A stretch of 64,000 nucleotides of DNA from positions 352,001-416,000 of the forward strand of contig OZ252149.1 of assembly GCA_965248755.1 (NCBI GenBank). Direction: 5' to 3'. Below the pieces are notes generated by a model, which searched no databases, was not told the DNA's origin, and was given only the letters and a program-made list of their open reading frames with translations. Source of the stretch: Candidatus Latescibacterota bacterium (GTDB taxonomy: Bacteria; Latescibacterota; CBDEFO01). Made by a program: the position numbers and the translations under genes. Below are positions 10,606 to 20,789 of the stretch, piece after piece. The number at the start of each line of letters is the position of its first letter. The stretch's first letter is position 1.

Positions 10606-11352
10606 ATGGACTGCATCGACTTTGGTAGATCGTTTGTCTGCATGACGGGGCCAGCTAACGCACCCCAGTTTTGGGTCGAGTCCTACTGCAAGATCATAGA
10701 TGAAGAAAACGGGACTCAAGACGATTACTACCAGTGTGCATCGTGCAAGAGCGAACATACCTTTGCAGAAAAAGATCTCTTCCAGGATCCCAACTACGAT
10801 TTCCTGCCTGTCTTCAGTCAAGAGGACATCGTCTTCTTCAGAAGACACGCCCTCTGCAATCCAGACTACATCGAACCCCGCAGGGCAAACTACACTGAAT
10901 ACCTCAAGGCAAAAAATGTCTGGGGAGGACACAGATTTGTCATCAAGAAGGCAAATTCAGTGCAGGTTCTCGACGATAATGTAAAGGTTGTACAGACAGC
11001 GCTGAAGGGTCTGCCGGTCATCGGAAGGACCGAAATATGGGACGATAACACCAAGATGCGAGCGGTCATGGAATATCCTGTCAAGACCTTGAACGCCAAT
11101 GAGGGAAAAAACATCTACCAGGTCGATACCGGCCCTGTTTTGTTTCCCGATCTGACAAAGGGGTACGGTCCAAACATCGAGGCGTTGAGTCTGGCATTTG
11201 TAGCGTTCAACACTCCCCACTTCTCCGACTTTGTCATTGAAGAGCCGACACCCATAATTGAAAATGGGAAAGAGATCACCAGGGTTTATCACTACTCGGG
11301 CATCAAGAGTGATATACCAGCCAAAAACTCGCTCTTTTGCATTAACGAATAG
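10606..11352 (+). CDS. Hypothetical protein (CxxCxxxH motif)
   Basis: 248-aa ORF with AAGGA RBS, host-like codon usage; family not recognised. Confidence 0.7.
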   Translation: MDCIDFGRSFVCMTGPANAPQFWVESYCKIIDEENGTQDDYYQCASCKSEHTFAEKDLFQDPNYDFLPVFSQEDIVFFRRHALCNPDYIEPRRANYTEYLKAKNVWGGHRFVIKKANSVQVLDDNVKVVQTALKGLPVIGRTEIWDDNTKMRAVMEYPVKTLNANEGKNIYQVDTGPVLFPDLTKGYGPNIEALSLAFVAFNTPHFSDFVIEEPTPIIENGKEITRVYHYSGIKSDIPAKNSLFCINE

Positions 11353-11380
11353 ATTATGCTTTAACCAATAGATTATGCTC

Positions 11381-12730
11381 CTATGCAGCCTCTATCCCTA
11401 AGTGCTTCATAGCATCTCCTACAACATAGAAAGAGCCCGTTACCAATATAAGATCATCCGGGGCAGCCTCCGAGCGCGCTTTGTCTATAGCCTCAGCCAC
11501 ATTCTGAGTTATTATCACCTTGCTTTTAGGCTTTTCTATCCCCTCATCTATAAACTCAGGCTCCACCGCCTTCGGGAAATCCACTTTCGTCAGCACTACT
11601 ATATCACACATATCCCCGATCTCTCTCCAGAATGCCGGTATGTCCTTGTCCAGATTTGCTCCGAATACTAATATCAACCTGCTGTATCTAAAAAACTCCT
11701 CCAAGGCCTCTCTGAGAGCTTTAGCCTTATCCGGATTATGCGCCCCATCTAAAACAAGGGTAGGCTTTTGGGAGACTATCTGAAGGCGCCCCGGCAATAC
11801 TACAGAAGACAATCCATCTCTAATTGCCCCTTCAGATAGGGCACCTCTCTGTTCGGGCGGAATATCTTCCGAAAGAGATAAGAGGTCTACAATCGCCACC
11901 GCCATAGCGGCGTTCTCCACCTGATGCCGTCCTATCAAAGGGATCCTGAGATCATCGTACTTTCTTTTCGGAGTACTTACAGAAAAAGTCTGACTTGACA
12001 AGCAGAATGACTCCCTTTTGAAATTCACATCCACGCCCAATTCCACCAACTTGGCCCCACTACGCTCACAGAAAGAACGGATGACCTCTGCGGCTTTCGG
12101 GGGCTGAACCCCACTTATTACAACTCCGTTCTCCTTGATAATCCCCGCTTTCTCCGACGCTATCCTCTCCACCGTATCCCCCAACTTATCCGTATGATCC
12201 AGGCCGATAGGAGTTATAGCCGAAAGGGCGGGAGAAAGAACATTCGTGGCGTCCAACCTCCCACCCATTCCCACTTCGACCACAGCAAAATTTACCTTCT
12301 TTTGAGAAAAATAGTCAAAAGATAGAGACGTCAACACCTCCCAGAAAGTTACGTCCTTAAACTCAGGCTTTCTCGTTATCTTTCGCACACAAGGCTCAAT
12401 GCGCTCGACCTCTCGACATATATCCTCTTTAGAGATCATCTTCCCGCCAACATTTATCCGCTCTCTGAAATCGAGAAGATGAGGAGACGTAAAGAGACCT
12501 ACGGAAAGCCCCGCTGACCTTAAGATGGACGCCACCATCGCAGCGGTAGACCCCTTTCCCTTCGTGCCAGCTATGTGCACAGCGTCAAAATCCCTGTGCG
12601 GATTCCCCAGGAGTTCAAGCAGAGCCGAAGTCCTCTCTATATTGTAAGAGCGGCGGTCGTATCTACTGTCTATTACCCTCTCGTAGTCTATGAAGCTGTA
12701 GACATAATCGTACGCCTCCTTGTAGTTCAT
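11381..12730 (-). CDS. folC: Folylpolyglutamate synthase/dihydrofolate synthase
   Basis: HIAGTKGKGST, TSPHL, EVGMGGRLDATN, DGAHN, TGSFY motifs. Confidence 0.95.
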   Translation of the reverse strand: MNYKEAYDYVYSFIDYERVIDSRYDRRSYNIERTSALLELLGNPHRDFDAVHIAGTKGKGSTAAMVASILRSAGLSVGLFTSPHLLDFRERINVGGKMISKEDICREVERIEPCVRKITRKPEFKDVTFWEVLTSLSFDYFSQKKVNFAVVEVGMGGRLDATNVLSPALSAITPIGLDHTDKLGDTVERIASEKAGIIKENGVVISGVQPPKAAEVIRSFCERSGAKLVELGVDVNFKRESFCLSSQTFSVSTPKRKYDDLRIPLIGRHQVENAAMAVAIVDLLSLSEDIPPEQRGALSEGAIRDGLSSVVLPGRLQIVSQKPTLVLDGAHNPDKAKALREALEEFFRYSRLILVFGANLDKDIPAFWREIGDMCDIVVLTKVDFPKAVEPEFIDEGIEKPKSKVIITQNVAEAIDKARSEAAPDDLILVTGSFYVVGDAMKHLGIEAA

Positions 12731-12799
12731 ATCCTCTTTGCCTTGTTTTCATCGCCCATCTGCTGATTCATATCCCAAAGCCCGTCGCACATCATCGAG

Positions 12800-13429
12800 G
12801 GGGGCTCAAAACGTGATAGGTGATGTTCTGGGACTCCACAACTTTTCGGGAAAACTGTGCGGCGGCGTCATTGCTCAGCCACAATGCATAGGCCCGGCCA
12901 GTGCGTAGGGAGGAGTATTTTCATCCGTTCTGACCCAACCTATCCTGAACATAATCACCTCCAACCCGTACGCCTGATGAAAACTTAAAGATAGCTTCTC
13001 CTCTATATACTTTACAGCCCCATAGGGATTTCCAGGGTTCGGTTCTGTTTCAGGAGTGTAAGTCTCCGGTGGCTGTTCAGCATGTTCGTATCCGCTTAAG
13101 GTATGATTGGAGCTTGCCATTCCGATTCGCTTTACGCCACGGTAGACGCAAGCATTTAGCACGTTGGCAGCCAAACTGAAATTAACTCCTGCCTCCCTCC
13201 ACGATATTGATGCACTCGGATTGGAGGCAAAATGGAGGACCACATCTATAGATTCAAAGTGCTCCGTCAATCATTTATTGTACCGGCGCACGTCCGCTTC
13301 AATAATCCCTTGTCCAACCTTACAATATATCAAGGTCAGAACATGATAAGGACTGAGAGCTTTAGCTATATTGGATCCGATATTCCCCGCAGCACCAGCA
13401 ATCAGCACTGTTTTTCTATCTGTCTTCAG
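12800..13429 (-). pseudogene. NAD-dependent epimerase/dehydratase (uronate-dehydrogenase-like) pseudogene
   Basis: Upstream in-frame segment KTVLIAGAAGNIG separated from ORF 12875-13270 by in-frame TGA (13271-13273); ASSNH and YGAVK motifs; degenerate 3' end. Confidence 0.65.
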
Positions 13430-13453
13430 GGCATCTCTCCCTTTTTTGATCGA

Positions 13454-13972
13454 TCAGTAGAATATGAAACCTATGATTCCCGCCCCTAAGATTGTCCACA
13501 AAGGATGCACGTTCAAAAAGACCACTAACACAAATGCAGCAAGAGCAATTGCTGCCGTGTGCCACGAAATCACAGACTTGGGGAATATCTCGTAGACTAT
13601 CATGAACATAAGCGCCACGATCACCGGCCTGACCGCCTCAAGGACCGACTTGGTCTTGGGAGAATCCTTTATCTCAAAAAATACTGTGACCAGAACCAAC
13701 ATAGCCACAGCCGAAGGGAATATTACGCCTATTATCCCCGATATAGCCCCCAGGATACCGGCGATCTTAAATCCCACATAGGCAGCCATCTTGGTGGCTA
13801 TCGGACCTGGGAGCGCATTCCCCAAAGCAAGGGCATCCGTAAACTCCTCGACGGTCATCCACCTGTTTACATCCACAACCTCCTCCTGGATCAGAGGCAG
13901 CATTGAAGGTCCTCCGCCGAATCCAAAGATCCCGACCTTGGCGAAGGAATAAAAAATCTTAAGTATTTCCAC
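13454..13972 (-). CDS. Short-chain chromate transporter (ChrA/CHR family)
   Basis: FGFGGG and LPGPIA motifs; 172 aa. Confidence 0.9.
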   Translation of the reverse strand: MEILKIFYSFAKVGIFGFGGGPSMLPLIQEEVVDVNRWMTVEEFTDALALGNALPGPIATKMAAYVGFKIAGILGAISGIIGVIFPSAVAMLVLVTVFFEIKDSPKTKSVLEAVRPVIVALMFMIVYEIFPKSVISWHTAAIALAAFVLVVFLNVHPLWTILGAGIIGFIFY

Positions 13973-14202
13973 TGTCCCTCCTCATATTTCAGTAGACAGT
14001 AGTCAGTAGACAGGGCACCGCCTCCCATCCCTGTATACTGTTGGCTGTCTGCATATTTTGACTATGTTCGGTGCAAAATGCACAAATTTAACTGGATATT
14101 TGAAAGACAAATACTTATCTTATTCCATTGCCAACCCAAGAAATATAAGACCGATAAATCCACAAGTCAAGCTCATATTAGTTATCCACAGGAGCGTACG
14201 AC

Positions 14203-15297
14203 ATGCACAAAGATCAACTCGAAACTCCCGTAGCTGTGGTAGATCTGGACAAACTCTCCAGAAATATTTGCGAAATGCAGGAGGCAGTCCAGAGCTATGG
14301 GGTCAAACTCCGTCCCCACATCAAGAGCCATAAGATACCGGAGATCGCCCGAATGCAGATAGGGGCGGGAGCTGTAGGCATCACGGTCGCCAAACTCGGC
14401 GAAGCGGAGATTATGTGCTGTGAGGGAATAGAAGACATATTTGTCGCCTATCCCCTTATAGGCGAACGTAAGATGAGGCGATTAGAAGCCCTAATGGATA
14501 GATGCAAAATAAGAACCTCCGTAGAGGACCTGGAAGCCGCCTCGATGATGTCGGATTACCTAAAACCAAGAGGGCTTTCCGTAGACGTACTGATAGAGGT
14601 AGACACAGGCTTTAAGCGCACAGGGGTTCTACCGGGAGAGCCGACTTTGCAGTTTGCAAGAGACATATCCAAGCTCGACGGCATCAATATCATAGGGATA
14701 TACTCTCACGCAGGGCATGTACATACTACCGATGACAGAAAACAGGGAATAAAGATAGGCACAGAATCTGCCGAAGAAATGGTAGCAAACGCTGATCTAC
14801 TGCGGGGTGACGGCTTCAACATCGAAGAAATCAGCATGGGTGCCACGCCCACCTCGGCAGAGACCTGCAAGGTCAAAGGAGTCACTGAAGAAAGACCCGG
14901 AAACTACGTCTATTACGACGCATCAGCCGTAGGGTTGAACGTAGTAGACCAGGAAAGATGTGCCCTTAGTGTCATATCCACAGTAGTCAGCAGACCTGCA
15001 CGAGACAGAGCCGTCATAGATGGAGGAAATAAAACCTTCACAAGCGACACACATCCCTTTGCAAAGGGACTGGGAATAATCAAGGGAATAGACGGAGTCA
15101 TCTACGATTGGTCGAACGAAGAACACGGAATCCTGAGGTTGGACAAGCCATCCAAAGATATAAAGATCGGTGACAGATTGGAGATAATCCCCGTACACGC
15201 CTGTGTAGTATCCAACCTGTGGGACGAAATAGTCGGAATAAGAAACGATAAAGTCGAATTAGCCTGGAAGGTCAAGGCCAGAGGAATGGTGAAATAA
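14203..15297 (+). CDS. DSD1/D-threonine aldolase-family PLP-dependent enzyme (alanine racemase fold)
   Basis: LETP, LRPHIKSHK, EVDTG..RTG, RPGNY, DGGNK, EEHG, PVHAC motifs. Confidence 0.9.
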   Translation: MHKDQLETPVAVVDLDKLSRNICEMQEAVQSYGVKLRPHIKSHKIPEIARMQIGAGAVGITVAKLGEAEIMCCEGIEDIFVAYPLIGERKMRRLEALMDRCKIRTSVEDLEAASMMSDYLKPRGLSVDVLIEVDTGFKRTGVLPGEPTLQFARDISKLDGINIIGIYSHAGHVHTTDDRKQGIKIGTESAEEMVANADLLRGDGFNIEEISMGATPTSAETCKVKGVTEERPGNYVYYDASAVGLNVVDQERCALSVISTVVSRPARDRAVIDGGNKTFTSDTHPFAKGLGIIKGIDGVIYDWSNEEHGILRLDKPSKDIKIGDRLEIIPVHACVVSNLWDEIVGIRNDKVELAWKVKARGMVK

Positions 15298-15384
15298 GTA
15301 GAAAGCGACGGGGGGAACAGTGGAAAAAAATTACTTGACAACTGATCAATAAGCTCATGGTTCGCGTCCTTCTGAATACGACAT

Positions 15385-15432
15385 AACAACGCAATGGGCT
15401 ACGAAAACTCTGTCGAAGCCCGTTGCGTTGTT
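15385..15432. terminator. 20-bp imperfect inverted repeat directly downstream of the integrase remnant
   Basis: aacaacgcaatgggctacga / tcgaagcccgttgcgttgtt, 2 mismatches. Confidence 0.55.
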
Positions 15433-15433
15433 T

Positions 15434-15625
15434 CTACTGTTTTTCTACTGTAAATCTCCTAAACCCGCCAAACAACTGGTCGTCCAGTCGCTTTGCTGCC
15501 TCCCGATGAACCTCCGGCATCAGATGACCATACCGATCCAGTGTCGTTGTGATGGACGCATGTCCAAGCTGATTCTGGATATACTTGGGACTTTCCCCAT
15601 GGGCGATCAACAAGCTGGCGTAAGT
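15434..15625 (-). pseudogene. Tyrosine integrase C-terminal remnant (63 aa)
   Basis: Manual translation TYASLLIAHGESPKYIQNQLGHASITTTLDRYGHL... is box II with LGH and catalytic Tyr; truncated just after the HxxRH motif position. Confidence 0.85.
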
Positions 15626-15787
15626 GAGAGCGTCAGATCGTTCTTGCCACTATTCGAGGTGTCGCGACCAATTCAGTAGCACAGAGGCGATCCGATCACC
15701 GATGGAGCGCAGAGACATGTGGAGGGCGCAATCGCGTCGCGTTGTGTTCGCGTCGAGACAATGGCCTGATGTCGTTCGGACAAGAGC

Positions 15788-16684
15788 GTGAGTTACTCGA
15801 GCGCGGTTCGTGACATCCTGCGATGCGAAGGCATCGATGATCCGATCTTCCTCGGAGAGGGCGAAGATGCCATCGCCTTCTGGTTCTCCGACAATGAGGC
15901 GATCCGCATATTCTCGGAGGCGTCGCCAGAATTTGTCTCAGAGTTGGCGGCTTTCTACGAGCGTCTCCGAGAGCATCCGTTCTCTTTCCAGTGTCCGTGC
16001 ATTCACGACGTGCGAACACACAGAGGCGTCGCCTACACAATCGAGACGAAGCTACCCGGTCGTCCAATGGGAGAGGTCTGCCGCGACGTTGATGGGAATG
16101 CGCGTCAGCGGATTCTGCGGAACTATCATGACGCGATCCGAGAGTTGTCGGCGGTTGAGATGAACGACTGCGATTTCGGCGGTCTGATTCCCTCGACCGT
16201 CTGGCTGACGGCTACGTCATGGGAGGAGTTCCTACGTCGTCAGTTGGAGGCGTCGTTGCGAAATATTGGATCGCGACTGTCGGGGGAGTTTCCCGATCTC
16301 GGCCGCGTTGTTTCGCGGCTCGAAGCGATGATCGATGGTCCGATGAGTTGGGAAAGGAAATCGCTTGCCCATGGTGACGGATATCCCGGGAACGTCCTTA
16401 TAGGCGACGGCGGAGAGGTCGCGACGATCCTGGATTTCGGCAGGCATTCTCTTGTCGGGGACCCGCGTCTGGATATCGCCATCGCCATCGAATTGACAGA
16501 GATGGAGCGGGGCTTCACGCCGGAGGATACAGCTTATCTGCGCGGACTGATCGACGACGACCCCACGGTGGCGAACGCCTGCCGCGCCGTCACGGCGATC
16601 CTTCTTGCAGCTGAGTATCGCGGGGACGAGCGCATCGTACGGAAGTGTCTGGGAAGCTTGCGGGAGACGACCGGCAAGTTCTGA
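15788..16684 (+). CDS. Aminoglycoside phosphotransferase/kinase-like (APH family) protein
   Basis: LGEGED, HGDGYPGNVL, LDFG, GDPRLD motifs; GC-rich relative to flanks. Confidence 0.8.
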   Translation: MSYSSAVRDILRCEGIDDPIFLGEGEDAIAFWFSDNEAIRIFSEASPEFVSELAAFYERLREHPFSFQCPCIHDVRTHRGVAYTIETKLPGRPMGEVCRDVDGNARQRILRNYHDAIRELSAVEMNDCDFGGLIPSTVWLTATSWEEFLRRQLEASLRNIGSRLSGEFPDLGRVVSRLEAMIDGPMSWERKSLAHGDGYPGNVLIGDGGEVATILDFGRHSLVGDPRLDIAIAIELTEMERGFTPEDTAYLRGLIDDDPTVANACRAVTAILLAAEYRGDERIVRKCLGSLRETTGKF

Positions 16685-16734
16685 TCGTCCGGAGTGGCAC
16701 GAATGCGTCGAGGAGACCATAACGCAATGAAAAT

Positions 16735-16860
16735 GCATAACATGCAATGGACCAGACGGCTCTTGCGGAGGTTCATGTTCCTGGACGATAATTCGCCGAG
16801 TGATGTCGCTTGAGTCAAAGCAATCGGTGTGTCTGGCCGCAGGTCATTGCTGCGTTAATC
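16735..16860 (+). other. Integron attC-like site
   Basis: R'' GCATAAC, L'' GCAATGGACC pairing with L' GGTCATTGC with one extra G, R' GTTAATC; 50 bp after APH stop. Confidence 0.6.
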
Positions 16861-17116
16861 CGTGTGTATTTGGTATTGGTACAGGAATGAAGAATCCCAC
16901 TTCATATATTACATCCATTTACGCTGCGGCGCATTCGCGGTTTCGGTAACTGGAAAACGTTATGAGAGATGCCAAGATTATACTTCCAGTCAAGCTACTA
17001 GGAAGGGGATTATCGGTTGTATGCCAGAGCGATTAGAGCAATTCGATTATCAAAATGAAGGTCTATTTTACCTATGTTACCTCCAATGAATCAAAAGGTA
17101 TCAGAGGACGCGAAAA

Positions 17117-17590
17117 ATGGGTGAACGCTTGAAGGATAAGGTCGCCATCGTCACAGGGGCAGGCTCCTCAGGTCCTGGATGGGGCAATGGCAAGGCGACC
17201 GCAGTACTCTTTGCACGCGAGGGGGCACAGGTATTCACCGTTGACATCAATCTGCCGCAGCCCAGGAGACCCAGGCCATCATCGACAAAGAAGGCGGTGA
17301 CTGTACCGTACACCAGACAGATGTGTCTCGCGCTGACCAGGTCGAAGCTATGGTCGAGCACTGCCTCGGCACCTATGGGCACATCGACATCCTCCACAAC
17401 AACGTCGGCATCTTGGAGTTGGGTGGGCCCGTGGAGACCAGCGAGGAAAGCTGGGACCGGGTCTGCGACGTCAATCTCAAGAGTATGTTCCTCACCTGCA
17501 AATCGGTCCTGCCACATATGGAACAGCAAAGGGGTGGCGCCATCGTCAACATCTCGTCGGTTGCCGGCATCGTGTTCTTGGCGGTCGGCG
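17117..17590 (+). pseudogene. SDR family oxidoreductase, frameshifted near 17255 and 3'-truncated
   Basis: TGAGSSGPGWGNG in one frame, HNNVGI...NISSVAG in another; cut off before YxxxK by the convergent DASS gene. Confidence 0.8.
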
Positions 17591-17591
17591 C

Positions 17592-19001
17592 CTACCACCA
17601 CCCAATCAGCTTCCACCATGCCAAGCCTACGCCGAGCCAGATCACGAGGTGGAAAAGTGACATGAGGAAGCCGATCCGGAACCACTTGCCCGGGTCCACG
17701 TAGCCGAGGCCGAAGTAGATGATGACCGGCCCCGTCGAGTAGTTCGTCGTGCAAGCGCATAGGTTCGAGAAGTAGGCGAGTACTGCCACCGTCAAAAACG
17801 GGGGGGTGTCTGCGGCTAGAGCCACGGCAAAGAACGCAGCCACCATCGCGGAGATATGGGCCGTGAGCATGGAGAAGCCGTACATGGAATAGAAGTAGAT
17901 AAGGCCCAGCGTCACAACAACAACAAGGCCGGAAAGCCCAGAGACCTGGGTCTGCACGGACAGGGCAAACCAGTCGACGACGCCCAGGCCTTTGAGAGCG
18001 TTGGCCATAGTAAGCAGGCCGCCCAGCCATACGAGACAGTCCCAAGCCTTGGCGTTGTTCTTAACGTCGTCCCACGTGTCGACTTCGGTCAGCTGCAGCA
18101 CCAGCACGCCGATCCAGGCAACGAGTGACGTGCCCATACCGTGAATTGGCTTCGTCGACCACAGAACCAGCAGGAGCACGAAAACGGCCCCCGTAATCTT
18201 CTCCTTGCGCGAAAGAGCACCCATCCGGTCGAGCTCTTGAGTGGCCCGCTTCTGAGCCTCTGCAGTGCTCTTCAACTCCGGCGTAGACAACAAGCGCATC
18301 CACAACGGCAGCAGTCCGAGACCGACCAGCCCCGGCACCAAGCCGCCGAGGGCCCACGCGCCCCAGCCGAATTCGATGCCGAGTATATCTCCAGCCGCTT
18401 TGGCAACCAATGGGTTCGCCGCCATACCGGTCATGAACATTGCCGCGGTGATCAGATTGGCGTGGGCACCCACCAGGGTCAGGTATGCCCCAGCTTTCTC
18501 GCGAGTCTCGGTATCTGGCTCCGACTGCAACGACCTGGCGAGGGATTGGGCGATCGGCGCGAGGATCCCGCCGCCGCGCGCGGTGTTGGACGGCACCACT
18601 GGCCCAAGGATGAGTTCCGCACCACACTGCGCATAGCCAAGGCCCAGCATGGACCTACCGAGGCGCTTGACCAGCAACAACGCGATGCGCCTGCCGAACC
18701 CGGTTCGCTCAACCGTGCCGGCGATCAGGAACGCGGCGACCACCAGCCACACGGTCTGGTCTCCAAACCCATGCAGTAGGGCTTTGAATTCGATCGTGCC
18801 TGTGGCCGCAAGCGCAACCAGAGCCAGCAGGACCATGGGCCCCATCGCCAACGGCTTGATGAGGAAACTTGCAATGGTGGCGACGAAAATCCCGACCAGG
18901 TGCCACCCGCTCGTGCTGATCCCGTCCGGCGCGGGAACGACCCAACCGAGTGCCCCGATAGCTGCGCAGACCCCTAACCGTACCAATACTGATTGTTCCA
19001 A
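17592..19001 (-). CDS. DASS family divalent anion:Na+ symporter (CitT/TtdT-like)
   Basis: PSNTARGGG, MFMTGMAANP, TNYSTGP, WWKLIGWW; GGAGG RBS before TTG. Confidence 0.9.
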   Translation of the reverse strand: MEQSVLVRLGVCAAIGALGWVVPAPDGISTSGWHLVGIFVATIASFLIKPLAMGPMVLLALVALAATGTIEFKALLHGFGDQTVWLVVAAFLIAGTVERTGFGRRIALLLVKRLGRSMLGLGYAQCGAELILGPVVPSNTARGGGILAPIAQSLARSLQSEPDTETREKAGAYLTLVGAHANLITAAMFMTGMAANPLVAKAAGDILGIEFGWGAWALGGLVPGLVGLGLLPLWMRLLSTPELKSTAEAQKRATQELDRMGALSRKEKITGAVFVLLLVLWSTKPIHGMGTSLVAWIGVLVLQLTEVDTWDDVKNNAKAWDCLVWLGGLLTMANALKGLGVVDWFALSVQTQVSGLSGLVVVVTLGLIYFYSMYGFSMLTAHISAMVAAFFAVALAADTPPFLTVAVLAYFSNLCACTTNYSTGPVIIYFGLGYVDPGKWFRIGFLMSLFHLVIWLGVGLAWWKLIGWW

Positions 19002-19367
19002 TTAGCCCTCCTGGAGGATGTTGCATAATGCCTCTTGTAGCTTAGGCGTTAGCTTCGTCTTTCGACCTATTTTCTTTTTATTTTTTTTCATCAGTTTTGC
19101 CTCCTTTGCGTCTGCCAACAAAAAATCCGACGATTCGATGGGGATCCCAGTCATCGGCTTTTACCTTCTTCGAACTCCTACGGGGAAGCTATCCCCATGG
19201 ATTCGTTGGCAATGTAGAATATAGCTACTTTCTTGTTACACTAAATATACAAAATAATCTCTACTTGCAAGACTCAAATGTGGATTATGTAACCAATGAT
19301 TGGGTAATACCACAGCAGATGTGGCGGAATCATCATCTTGATCGTCCGGCCCCCGAATGCTGGGCGC

Positions 19368-20219
19368 CTAGCATGGCTCGTCGCCGGCCAGCGTGACACG
19401 ATGCATTATGCGCCTGAACCCCTGATAGTCATTCACTGGATTGTGCTGGGCGCAGCGATTATCCCAGAGGGCGAGGGAGCCTTGCCCCCAGCGAAAGCGG
19501 CAGGTGAACTCTGGCCTGACTTGGTGCTCGAAGAGGTAGTCGAGCAGAGACCGGCTTTCCTGTTCCGTCCAACCCTCGAAGTGCGTCGTGTGGGCGTTGT
19601 TGACGTAAAGCGCCTTGCGCCCAGTCTCCGGGTGCGTGCGAACCGCAGGATGCACTGCGCCTAGCACTTTCAGTTCCGCGCCTGCGTCGCGTAAGCGGTC
19701 CTCTCGCGTCTTGGCGACCTCGGGTTTCGTCGAGGTATTGACGCCGACCAGGCCGGCGAGCGTTTTCTTAAGACCCTCCGAGAGTGTCTCGTAGGCCATA
19801 TACTGGTTGGCGAAAATCGTATCGCCGCCGTAGGATGGGACCTCAACCGCGTAGAGCATGCTCGCCATCGGCGGACGCTCCAGATAAGTGGTGTCAGAAT
19901 GCCAGACGCCGCCGAAATTCAGCCGCTCGTGCTCCAGCTTGATCACCGCTGTGATCAACGGACATTCGGGAAGTCCCTTCATCTGTGGGTATTCCATTGG
20001 CTGGCCGAACTGCTGGGCAAAGGCGAGCTGCTCCTGTGGAGTGAGTTCTTGGTTGCGGAAGAAGATCACCAGATGGTCGAGGAAGGCCTGGCGGATCTCC
20101 GAAATGGTTTCACGTTTCAGGGGCCGCCCGATATCCACGCCTTTGATTTCGGCGCCGAGCGCACCGGAGATTGGGCACACCTTGATGGTACGATAGGTAC
20201 GGCACACTGCGTTTTCCAT
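19368..20219 (-). CDS. TauD/TfdA family Fe(II)/2-oxoglutarate dioxygenase
   Basis: WHSD, GGDT, HPAVRTHPETG, WDNR..QH, R motifs. Confidence 0.9.
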   Translation of the reverse strand: MENAVCRTYRTIKVCPISGALGAEIKGVDIGRPLKRETISEIRQAFLDHLVIFFRNQELTPQEQLAFAQQFGQPMEYPQMKGLPECPLITAVIKLEHERLNFGGVWHSDTTYLERPPMASMLYAVEVPSYGGDTIFANQYMAYETLSEGLKKTLAGLVGVNTSTKPEVAKTREDRLRDAGAELKVLGAVHPAVRTHPETGRKALYVNNAHTTHFEGWTEQESRSLLDYLFEHQVRPEFTCRFRWGQGSLALWDNRCAQHNPVNDYQGFRRIMHRVTLAGDEPC

Positions 20220-20244
20220 TTTTTCCCTTTCGCCAGGCCCCTCA

Positions 20245-20282
20245 GTCTAACGACTCAGTTGAGTTGCAACGGATGGTTAGTC
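20245..20282 (-). other. Internally deleted attC-like site
   Basis: On minus strand GACTAAC...GTTAGAC, overlapping the stop of an upstream fragment and 25 bp before the TauD ATG; only 38 bp. Confidence 0.4.
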
Positions 20283-20367
20283 AATCGTCGGCTCCGAGAC
20301 TCTCGAGTAGAGTTCGGAAGTCATGCTGGAACGTCTCGAACCGACACATGTAGTCATACGAGATCAT
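20281..20367 (-). pseudogene. Sulfotransferase-family C-terminal fragment
   Basis: YDYMCRFETFQHDFRTLLESLG resembles the DFIGRFE.L..DF motif of Sulfotransfer_2 proteins. Confidence 0.4.
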
Positions 20368-20789
20368 CTCCGTGGTCAGTTTCTCCAACTGAACGCACTA
20401 TTGGCCGTCATTCTGCAACCTCGCTTCCAGCAGTGCCTGAAACGAGTGAAGGGAAAGGTCGTCAAGCTCAGGTTCTCAGCACGCAGGTGGCGACAGTTTC
20501 GATTCGTTAATCACGCACTATTGGTACTGTTTGGGCCGCCCGGCGCCGTCCAGCATCTCCGGACTGAACACCATTGTACCGAACTCGAGGGGCGTGAAGG
20601 CTTCTTGCGCACCTTCAGGTTCTTGCCGCTTGCGGTTAACGGTTCGCTCATACCCGAACGGCGTATAGCCGTTGCCCGATAGGGCCAAGCCGCGTAAGCG
20701 GTGCAGTGGGTATGGACGTGTTATATGCTGTGCTTCTCTGGAGTGACAACTGGACACGCACTCCATCTGGCCTGGGTGTGGCGTCTCCA

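Noticed and set aside
15428..15679. Plus-strand 83-aa ORF
   Set aside because: Antisense shadow of the integrase remnant
15788..16684. Bona fide aminoglycoside resistance gene
   Set aside because: Only generic APH/kinase-fold motifs; no recognisable similarity to named aph genes
17101..19026. Long overlapping alternative-frame ORFs over the SDR/DASS genes (and similar ones over the FG-GAP and activase genes)
   Set aside because: Shadow ORFs of GC-rich coding sequence with no recognisable motifs
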